NCBI GenBank assembly: GCA_016177875.1
Contig: JACOUL010000045.1
Coordinates: 1,784-33,783 of the forward strand
Direction of reading: 5' to 3'
DNA from: Burkholderiales bacterium
GTDB taxonomy: Bacteria > Pseudomonadota > Gammaproteobacteria > Burkholderiales > Burkholderiaceae_D
DNA: 32,000 nucleotides
A program made the translations under genes and the position numbers. Under the pieces are notes generated by a model. That model had not been told where the DNA came from, ran no database searches, and saw only the letters and a program-made list of their open reading frames with translations. Below are positions 8,331 to 15,906 of this stretch, piece by piece (position 1 is the stretch's first letter; every line of letters begins with the position of its first letter).

Positions 8331-9848
8331 TTATTCCTCGCGGCGCAGATGCGGGAAGAGAATCACGTCGCGGATATTCGGCGAATCGGTGATGAGCATC
8401 ATCAAGCGATCGATGCCGATGCCGCAGCCGCCGGTCGGCGGCAAGCCGTATTCGAGGGCACGAATAAAGTCGGCGTCGTAATACATCGCTTCTTCATCAC
8501 CCGCGTCTTTGGCGGCCACTTGTTTTTTGAAACGGTCGGCTTGATCTTCGGCATCGTTCAGCTCCGAAAAACCATTAGCGATCTCGCGGCCGGTGATGAA
8601 GAGCTCGAAGCGTTCGGTAATGCCGGGCATGGTGTCGGACGCACGCGCCAGCGGCGAAACTTCGATCGGGTAGTCGATAATGTAAGTCGGGTCCCACAAC
8701 TGCGCTTCGGCGGTTTCTTCGAACAGAGACAATTGCAGCGCGCCCAAGCCGGTAATGATGTGCGGCTCGACACCGAATTTTTTCAGCTCGGTTTTCAGGA
8801 AGGCTTCGTCGTGTAATTGCGCGTCGGTATAGTGGGGCGCGTATTTCTTGATCGCTTCGATGATGGTCATGCGCGCGAAGGGCTTACTCAAGTCGAGCTC
8901 GCGGCCCTGGTAATTCAGGCTGGCGGTGCCGTGCGCATCGATCGCCGCCTGGCGGATCACTTGCTCGGTGAAATCCATCAGCCATTTGTAATCGACATAG
9001 GCCGCGTAGAATTCCATCATCGTGAATTCCGGGTTGTGGCGCGGCGACACGCCTTCGTTACGGAAATTGCGGTTGACTTCGAATACACGCTCGAAGCCCC
9101 CAACCACCAGGCGCTTCAAATACAGCTCCGGCGCGATACGCAAATACATTTCCATGTCGAGCGCGTTGTGGTGGGTGATGAAAGGCTTGGCCGATGCGCC
9201 GCCTGGAATCACATGCAGCATCGGCGTTTCGACTTCCATGAATTCGTGTTCCGCCATGAAGCGGCGAATGGAATTCATTGCAGCAGTACGCGCCTTGAAG
9301 GTGCGGCGCGTTTCTTCACTCATGATGAGGTCGACATAGCGCTGACGATATTTCATTTCCTGGTCGGCCAGGCCGTGGAATTTGTCCGGCAGCGGGCGCA
9401 GCGACTTGGTCAACAGGCGCAGATTGGTCACCTTGACCGACAGCTCGCCGGTCTTGGTTTTGAACAGCGTGCCTTCGGCGCCCAGAATGTCGCCCATGTC
9501 GTAATGCTTGAAGGCTTCGTGCGCCGCTTCGCCTGCCAATTCATTGGTGATGTAAAGTTGAATGCGGCCGTCGGCTTTCGCACCAGACGAATCTTGGACG
9601 GTGGCGAAAGATGCCTTGCCCATCACGCGTTTCAACATCATGCGGCCGGCGACCGAGACTTTCACGCCTTGTTCTTCCAGCGTCTCGCGCTCAGCTTCAC
9701 CATACTGCGCTTGGAGAGCGGCGGCCTTGTGCTGCGGACGAAAGTCGTTCGGGAAGGCCACGCCTTTGGCGCGAATCGCTTTGAGTTTTTCGCGGCGTTC
9801 GGCAATGATGGAATTCTCGTCTTGTGGCAGGTCGGTTTGATCGGTCAT
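8331..9848 (-). CDS. lysS: Lysine--tRNA ligase (class II)
   Basis: Full-length, near-consensus LysS with [19 protein letters not shown] and [13 protein letters not shown] 9848 gives 505 aa; the ORF track begins at TTG 9857. Confidence 0.95.
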   Translation of the reverse strand: MTDQTDLPQDENSIIAERREKLKAIRAKGVAFPNDFRPQHKAAALQAQYGEAERETLEEQGVKVSVAGRMMLKRVMGKASFATVQDSSGAKADGRIQLYITNELAGEAAHEAFKHYDMGDILGAEGTLFKTKTGELSVKVTNLRLLTKSLRPLPDKFHGLADQEMKYRQRYVDLIMSEETRRTFKARTAAMNSIRRFMAEHEFMEVETPMLHVIPGGASAKPFITHHNALDMEMYLRIAPELYLKRLVVGGFERVFEVNRNFRNEGVSPRHNPEFTMMEFYAAYVDYKWLMDFTEQVIRQAAIDAHGTASLNYQGRELDLSKPFARMTIIEAIKKYAPHYTDAQLHDEAFLKTELKKFGVEPHIITGLGALQLSLFEETAEAQLWDPTYIIDYPIEVSPLARASDTMPGITERFELFITGREIANGFSELNDAEDQADRFKKQVAAKDAGDEEAMYYDADFIRALEYGLPPTGGCGIGIDRLMMLITDSPNIRDVILFPHLRREE

Positions 9849-9878
9849 GATGGGCAAACGATTTTTCTGAGGATTGAA

Positions 9879-10983
9879 TTAGACGCCTTGTTTCAGCGAG
9901 GCGGCGATGAAGTCGTCGAGGTCGCCGTCCAGCACGGCCTTGGTATTGCCGACTTCGTAATTGGTGCGCAAATCCTTGATGCGCGACTGGTCCAGTACGT
10001 AGGAGCGGATTTGATGGCCCCAGCCGATGTCGGTCTTGGCATCTTCCGCCTTTTGCTGCTCGGCCATGCGCTTGCGCAATTCCAGCTCGTACAAGCGCGA
10101 CTTCAGCATGGCCCACGCTTCGGCGCGGTTGCGGTGTTGACTGCGGTCGTTCTGGCATTGCACGACGATGCCGGACGGCGCGTGCGTCAAGCGCACCGCA
10201 GAGTCGGTCTTGTTGATGTGCTGGCCACCGGCGCCGGATGCGCGAAAGGTGTCGATGCGCACGTCGGCCGGGTTGACGTCGATTTCGATCGAGTCATCCA
10301 CTTCCGGGTAGACGAATACGCTGGAGAACGAGGTATGGCGGCCGTTGGCGGAATCGAAAGGCGATTTCCTCACCAGGCGATGCACACCGGACTCGGTGCG
10401 CAAAAAGCCGTAGGCATATTCGCCTTCGACTTTGATCGTGGCGGTCTTGATGCCGGCCACGTCGCCTTCGGATTCTTCCAGAAGTTCGGTCTTGAAACCT
10501 TTGCGTTCGCAGTAGCGCAGATATTGGCGCAGCAGCATGGAAGCCCAGTCTTGCGCTTCGGTGCCGCCGGCGCCGGCTTGAATATCGATGAAGCAGTTGT
10601 TGGGGTCCATCGGATTGCTAAACATCCGGCGGAATTCCATATCCTCGACTTGTTTTTTCAGCTTCTCTGCATCTTCTTCGATGGCGACGATGGTATCTTC
10701 GTCCTGCTCTTCGCGTGCCATCTCGAATAAATCCGAGGCATCTTGCAAATCGGCTTTGATCTGCGTCAGGGAAAGCACGACGGCTTCCAGGGATTTTTTT
10801 TCCTTGCCGAGATCCTGTGCCCGTTTCTGGTCATTCCAGACGTTGGGGTCTTCCAGTTCGGCGTTGACTTGTTCGAGCTTCTCCGACTTTACGTCAAAGT
10901 CAAAGATACCTCCGCAGTTCAGCTTCGCGGGTGGTGAGGTCCGCCAAGAGGGCGGAGAGGGCGTTGAGACGTTCGGCTTCCAT
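9879..10983 (-). CDS. prfB: Peptide chain release factor 2, requiring a programmed +1 ribosomal frameshift
   Basis: The ORF-track piece (9879-10778) contains SPF and GGQHVN-type ([15 protein letters not shown]) RF2 motifs. An upstream 27-codon frame starts at ATG 10983 and ends at an in-frame TGA (10900-10902) in the context CTT TGA C. The +1 frame continues directly into the main ORF. Confidence 0.93.
10899..10913 (-). promoter_or_regulatory. prfB autoregulatory +1 frameshift site (internal SD-like GGAGG, then TAT CTT TGA C)
   Basis: The minus strand reads GGAGG TAT CTT TGA C. GGAGG is at 10909-10913, CTT at 10903-10905 and TGA at 10900-10902. This matches the canonical RF2 recoding signal. 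Confidence 0.9.
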
Positions 10984-11017
10984 GATGACGAGTTGTGCGA
11001 TTAATCCTAAACCACGC

Positions 11018-11023
11018 ATTATA
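11018..11023 (-). promoter_or_regulatory. Candidate -10 box (TATAAT) for prfB-lysS
   Basis: The minus strand reads GAGTATAAT, 34 nt upstream of the prfB ATG. No convincing -35 element was found, and the site lies only about 25 nt downstream of the kinase gene's stop. Confidence 0.3.
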
Positions 11024-11047
11024 CTCGACGGGGCGTTTTGCCGATGG

Positions 11048-13411
11048 TTACAGCCGACGCGCCAATTCCTGGATTTTTCTTATCTTGAAGTAAATCGGCA
11101 GCAGTCGCCAGGCCAGCAGCCCGATGCCGCCGAGTATGGTCAAAGGCACGATGTTGGGACCGAGGAATATCGGTGCAAAAACCGCGGCGAGCAATACGAA
11201 GACGAGCACTTGCGGGCTTAACCATCCGGCATTGGCAGCCTGCCTTTCGGTTAAGGCATCGATTTGCGTGCGAATCAGAATAACCAAGCCTTCCGCACGC
11301 ATGACGGATTTTTTTAATGCCATCCACGGTTCATCCGATCTGCCCGACGAGCGGATCTTTGCCAGCAAGTCGAAATAGCGGTCGAGCGCCGCAGCCAGCT
11401 CGTCGCTGCCGAGCAGTATCTGCATGCCATTGTCGGTGACTGAGTGTATGGCGGTAACGATGAGCGCAAATTCTTGCGTCAATTCGCGGCAGACGTTCAC
11501 ATCGTCATCGCGCCGCCGCGCGTCCGCCTTGATCTGCCGCTCCATGGCCTTGCGCGCTTCGGGCAGCAAAGATTCCAGGACCAATAGCGAAGTCGGATTC
11601 ATGGTTTGCACGTCGCCCATGCCGCCGATCCACGGGCAGTGCGTTTGAATCTTGACCAGCTCTGCCGATAGCCGCATGCGCAAGCGTTCCGCCCATTGCT
11701 CGTCGTAGGCTAGCGCCAACAGGCGTGGGTGCATATCTGTCGTAGCCGGGCGATTTGGTCCGGTTTGGCCGTAAACCAGCTGGTCGAAATTGGCGTATTC
11801 ATCGGGGCCGGAGGCCGGCTTGTTTTTATCGATGAGCGCGAGTCCGTCTTCCCACGCGTGGTCGAACTTGTCGCACATGGCATGCCAACGCTGCACGATC
11901 TCGGCTGCTTCCTGGTTGCCGGCGTCGGCATAGGCTTCCAGTACACGATGGCGGTACAGCAGATCGAGCCAATGGGCGGCGTCGGCATCTCCTTTCAATG
12001 CCTGATTGGCGCGCGACAAAATGGACGGCAGCTCGATGGATTCGCCGCGCCACACCGGCGGAATCCCCGGTGCAAGAAGCAGAATCAGCTTGAGCAGCTG
12101 GGCATCCACATGCATTTGCTTGTCGAAGCGGACTTCAAGCAGCAGGCGTACGGCATTTTGGTCTTTCTGCACATCCCGAAACCAGGCTAGCAGCTGGCCG
12201 TTGTTGATGTCGGCTGCACCGTCGCGCCAATTGCGCGCCAATGCCACGGCCAATTGCTCTTTGCTGTGACAGAGCTCTTTGCCGACATGATACGGAGCGG
12301 TGAATTGACCGCCTGCTCCTGCCTCGACCGGTTCGGTAAGACTGCCGTCATTGGCTAGCCAGCGGCCGACTTCATCTGTGCCCCATCGCGTTTTCGGATC
12401 GCGCAGCAATAGGCCGCGCAAGAGTATGCGCACGCGACGGTCGGACACGCCGCTCGTGTCCATGCTTCTTGTCGTCAAGTGGTGCAGGATCACCGCTTCC
12501 GACAAGCCGGCGAAGGGATGCTTGCCTTGCCCGGCTTCAAGCAAAATCATGCCCAGCGCCCAATAATCCGATTTACCGTCAATGACGCCGGATAAACTCT
12601 CGGGCGAAGCATACGGCAAGGTACGGGCGGCGCCTGTGAAACGTTGTGTGGCGTCGAGCACGGAGGAAATGCCGAAATCGGTCAAGACCAGGTCGAGCGG
12701 CTTTTCAGTGCGCATTAGGATGTTTTCCGGCTTGAGGTCGCGATGCACCAGGCCGGCATTGTGTACGGCGGCGATTGCACTTGCCAGTTCGCGCACCACG
12801 GCGTGCAGCAATTCGCCGGCAAGGGGGCCGGAACGCAGGCGCTCGCGTAGCGAGCCGTGCTCGCAAAACTCCATCAGCTCATAGGCGTATCCATCGGAGA
12901 CACCGGACTCCAACACTTCAACGCGATGACTGGCATCGATTTTCGCGATGCGTTCCTGTACATCGCGTTTCGGCTGTATGCCGTGACGATACACTTTTGC
13001 TACGCGTGCCGGTCCGCCGCTATGTTCTTGCACAAGCAGCAGCTCAGCCTCCGAACCTTGGGCCGGCATCGGCTTGACGATGCGATAGCGTTTTCCGAGC
13101 GCTTGCGGCAAATTCACCAGGCTGGTCGTTTGATCGCGCGAAGTGAGAGCGGCGCCGTCGTTCAGGGGACGGTTGCAATACAGGCAGTTTGTGCTGCCGG
13201 CAGGATTTGGCTGGCCGCAATCCTCAAAGGGGCAGAGTACGGTATCGGCTTCCGGCAAAGCCTCTTGCGTGACAGACGCTTGCTCGGGAGATGCGGCCTG
13301 TTTCAAGATCAGATCTACGCCGGCCAGCAGCGCACCGCAAACGCAGCGCATGATGCTCGGCGCGTTCTCAGCGCCGCAAGTCGGGCAGCGGCGGACGTAG
13401 TCTGCGCTCAT
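11048..13411 (-). CDS. Hanks-type Ser/Thr protein kinase with two N-terminal zinc ribbons, a long helical middle region and a C-terminal transmembrane hairpin
   Basis: 787 aa. The zinc ribbons are CPTCG...CVCG and CPFEDCG...CLYCN. The kinase motifs are RVAKVY (the beta3 Lys), HRDLKPEN (12722-12745), DFG and ASPE. Two hydrophobic helices occupy the last ~60 aa (VLVFVLLAAVFAPIFLG / LTILGGIGLLAWRLLPIYF). Confidence 0.85.
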   Translation of the reverse strand: MSADYVRRCPTCGAENAPSIMRCVCGALLAGVDLILKQAASPEQASVTQEALPEADTVLCPFEDCGQPNPAGSTNCLYCNRPLNDGAALTSRDQTTSLVNLPQALGKRYRIVKPMPAQGSEAELLLVQEHSGGPARVAKVYRHGIQPKRDVQERIAKIDASHRVEVLESGVSDGYAYELMEFCEHGSLRERLRSGPLAGELLHAVVRELASAIAAVHNAGLVHRDLKPENILMRTEKPLDLVLTDFGISSVLDATQRFTGAARTLPYASPESLSGVIDGKSDYWALGMILLEAGQGKHPFAGLSEAVILHHLTTRSMDTSGVSDRRVRILLRGLLLRDPKTRWGTDEVGRWLANDGSLTEPVEAGAGGQFTAPYHVGKELCHSKEQLAVALARNWRDGAADINNGQLLAWFRDVQKDQNAVRLLLEVRFDKQMHVDAQLLKLILLLAPGIPPVWRGESIELPSILSRANQALKGDADAAHWLDLLYRHRVLEAYADAGNQEAAEIVQRWHAMCDKFDHAWEDGLALIDKNKPASGPDEYANFDQLVYGQTGPNRPATTDMHPRLLALAYDEQWAERLRMRLSAELVKIQTHCPWIGGMGDVQTMNPTSLLVLESLLPEARKAMERQIKADARRRDDDVNVCRELTQEFALIVTAIHSVTDNGMQILLGSDELAAALDRYFDLLAKIRSSGRSDEPWMALKKSVMRAEGLVILIRTQIDALTERQAANAGWLSPQVLVFVLLAAVFAPIFLGPNIVPLTILGGIGLLAWRLLPIYFKIRKIQELARRL

Positions 13412-14071
13412 CTACTGTCTCCAGGAGACTGCGCTGAATTCGATGCCACGCTCCTTGCAAGACGCTTCCAAGGCCGCCATATCGCCGCGCGCCGGAATGC
13501 CGACATACCAAATGCGTTCGCCATCCGCCATGGCTTGGATGCGTTTATCGGCGCTGTCCGCCGGCGCATCGACATATTCGGCATAGCGTTTTTTGCCGCG
13601 CTCGGAGAGCAGCACCAGCGGCTGGTTGGATGAGCCGCGCCAGAGATGCGTGAGCGGCCGCGCTTCCACGAAGGGTTCCGGTATCAACGCATCGAGTTTA
13701 TCCAGCAACCGGCGATGCCGCTGTTGCAGTGTTGCCAAGGGATAGCCGCTGTAACACAGGATATCGAAATCGGCGCCGCGATCGGAGCGCCAATGGAGTA
13801 AGCCGTCCAGTAGGGCGGATAAAGCTTGCGGCTGGTCGAAGGGTTCGCCGCCGGAGATGGTGACGCCGTCAAAATCCATGTCCGTCGTAATCTGCCTGCA
13901 CCAGCCGAGCAGCCGTGCTACCGTCATCTGCCGGCTCGGATCGGTCTTCCAAGTGTCTTGCGAAACGCAGCCTTTGCAACCGATGCTGCAGCCTTGCAGC
14001 CAGATGCCGATGCGCCGGCCTGGGCCAAGCACCGTCACCGGAAAGTGCGCCTTGTTGACGGCGATTTTCAT
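13412..14071 (-). CDS. Radical-SAM activase-like protein (NrdG/PflA-type 4Fe-4S single-cluster domain)
   Basis: 219 aa. VLGPGRRIGIWLQGCSIGCKGC carries CX3CX2C (Cys codons at 13988-13990, 13976-13978 and 13967-13969). The ISGGEP SAM-binding motif is present. Small size and N-terminal cluster placement match anaerobic RNR/PFL activases. Confidence 0.8.
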   Translation of the reverse strand: MKIAVNKAHFPVTVLGPGRRIGIWLQGCSIGCKGCVSQDTWKTDPSRQMTVARLLGWCRQITTDMDFDGVTISGGEPFDQPQALSALLDGLLHWRSDRGADFDILCYSGYPLATLQQRHRRLLDKLDALIPEPFVEARPLTHLWRGSSNQPLVLLSERGKKRYAEYVDAPADSADKRIQAMADGERIWYVGIPARGDMAALEASCKERGIEFSAVSWRQ

Positions 14072-15906
14072 GCGGTTTGTATGGTCAGCGTGATGACTTT
14101 ATCGGCTTCGGTGATTTGCGTGACGACCACACGCTGCTTGCCTTCCAGGTCGTGCTCGAATAGGGCACGCGACAAGGGATTGATGAACACCGATTCCAGT
14201 TGATTGCCGATGCCGCGTCCGCCGTGATCGAGGTCGCGCACGCAGCGTTCCAGCAGCGCGGCGCGGATTTCAGGCGGCATGGCGAGCTGCAGTTTGAATT
14301 CTTCGTGAAGCCGGCGCGCGACATTTTTCAGCATGCCGTCGAAAATGCGTTCAGCTACGTCGGGGGCGATGAAGTTGAACACGACGATATTGTCGCCGAT
14401 GCGGTTAAGCAGCTCGGGCCGCGACAATTTGAACTTGAAGTAATTGCCGATGGATTCCTTCACCTTCGATTCGACTGCGTCGTAAGGGTCGCCGGGACGC
14501 ACGTTTTGCACGCGATTGCCGCGCGCGTCTTCCACATAGATGCCGAGGTTGGAGGTGAACACCAGTATCGTCTCGGAAAAATACGCCGTATCGCCGCGGC
14601 CGTCGGTCAGGCGGCCGTCTTCCAGGATTTGCAGGAATTTGTCGAGTATGCGCGGATGGGCTTTTTCGATTTCGTCGAACAGGACAACCGAGAAGGGTTT
14701 TTCGCGCACGGCATTGGTCAGTTCGCCTCCCGCGTCGAAGCCGACATAGCCCGGCGGCGCGCCGAGCAGACGAGCGCCGGTATGTTCTTCGGCGAATTCA
14801 CTCATGTCGAAACGCAGATAGGCGCGCTCGTCGCCGAATACCAGTTGCGTCAGCGTTTTGGCCAGTTCGGTTTTTCCGACGCCGGTCGGTCCGGCGAAGA
14901 ACAGCACGCCGCGCGGCCGGCTGCCGCCGGAGCGTGCTTGCGCACCGGTCAATCCCATCACCGAGCGCTTAAGAATATCGAGCGTCTTCACCACCGCGGG
15001 ATGCTGGCCCTTGACGCGATCTTCGATGAAGGATTGGGCGTCGCGGATTTTCTCGCGCAGATGATCCTTGCGCCACGGATTGTCGAGCGCGCCGACTTTA
15101 TAACAGCGCACCGCATCGTCGATGTCCTTGATGCCCAGACGCTGGCGCTCCGCCAGCTCGGTGATGTCGGACAGCGCGGTTAAAGCCATGCCTTCCGTGC
15201 CCTGGGTAAAGTTTTTGATGAATTGGGCACGCGCCGCTTCGTTTGCTTCGCCGTAGCCCGCGAACAGCGGAGCCAATTGCGCCGCCGCCGCTTGCCGTGT
15301 TTCATAGTCCGGTTTGCCGATGACGAGACTGGCGACGCGCTCGCTGTCGAGCGTGAACCAGGACGGCAGATCCTGCATGCGGTTGACCATCCACAGCACC
15401 GGGTTGAATTGCGGCAGACCGGCGCCGCTGCTCGGCACGACCGGCGCGGCTGTTAATGACAACTTCTCGGCGGCGACGAAGAAACGATGCTCGCCTTCGC
15501 TCAAGTGTTCGACATGGCGTGTCAATCGCGAGGCGAAGTCGAGAACCAGCGCACAACGTGCTTCGCGCTGCGTGCTCAGGTTTTTCATCACATTGGCAAG
15601 GGTTTCCAGGCTGACTTGCTGGCTGCCGTTGGAGAGCTTCAATTCGAATAAGCGTTCAGCCAATTCGCGCTGCGCCGGTTCGTCGGGATAGGCACGTATG
15701 CCGTCCGCAGGATCGTAAACCAGCAGCAGTTTGTAGTCGCGAAGCTTGAGCGATTCCCAAAGCGCGCGCAGCAGCGGCACCAATACCGGGCCGGTCGCCA
15801 GGGGGGCAAGAAAATTATCGCGAATGCTGCCGGACACCACGAACTGCGAGCGGATGGGCAGCAGGCGTTCGAGGTCGGCAAGCCAGCGCGGTTGAGGAAT
15901 CGTCAT
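14068..15906 (-). CDS. AAA+ ATPase with a Clp/Hsp100 D2-type module (AAA_2) and an unassigned N-terminal half
   Basis: 612 aa. Residues ~295-455 are near-consensus ClpA/ClpB D2. They include Walker A GPTGVGKT (14869-14892), LLGAPPGYVGF, Walker B VVLFDEIEKAHP (14659-14688 region), LEDGRLTD and sensor-1 VFTSN. A D2-small-like segment (RPELLNRI) follows. No ClpB N-domain or Walker A is recognisable in residues 1-290. Confidence 0.85.
   Translation of the reverse strand: MTIPQPRWLADLERLLPIRSQFVVSGSIRDNFLAPLATGPVLVPLLRALWESLKLRDYKLLLVYDPADGIRAYPDEPAQRELAERLFELKLSNGSQQVSLETLANVMKNLSTQREARCALVLDFASRLTRHVEHLSEGEHRFFVAAEKLSLTAAPVVPSSGAGLPQFNPVLWMVNRMQDLPSWFTLDSERVASLVIGKPDYETRQAAAAQLAPLFAGYGEANEAARAQFIKNFTQGTEGMALTALSDITELAERQRLGIKDIDDAVRCYKVGALDNPWRKDHLREKIRDAQSFIEDRVKGQHPAVVKTLDILKRSVMGLTGAQARSGGSRPRGVLFFAGPTGVGKTELAKTLTQLVFGDERAYLRFDMSEFAEEHTGARLLGAPPGYVGFDAGGELTNAVREKPFSVVLFDEIEKAHPRILDKFLQILEDGRLTDGRGDTAYFSETILVFTSNLGIYVEDARGNRVQNVRPGDPYDAVESKVKESIGNYFKFKLSRPELLNRIGDNIVVFNFIAPDVAERIFDGMLKNVARRLHEEFKLQLAMPPEIRAALLERCVRDLDHGGRGIGNQLESVFINPLSRALFEHDLEGKQRVVVTQITEADKVITLTIQTA

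Noticed and set aside
8817-10730. A 637-aa plus-strand ORF spanning lysS and prfB.
   Set aside because: It lies antisense to two near-consensus housekeeping genes. Its translation is low-complexity (R/H/G/A/F-rich) with no motifs, which is typical of a stop-free antisense frame in GC-rich coding DNA.
14200-15183. A 327-aa plus-strand ORF inside the AAA+ ATPase gene. A similar 258-aa ORF lies at 12857-13633, across the kinase/radical-SAM junction.
   Set aside because: They are antisense to ORFs with strong catalytic motifs. They have no motifs, and their composition is typical of shadow frames.
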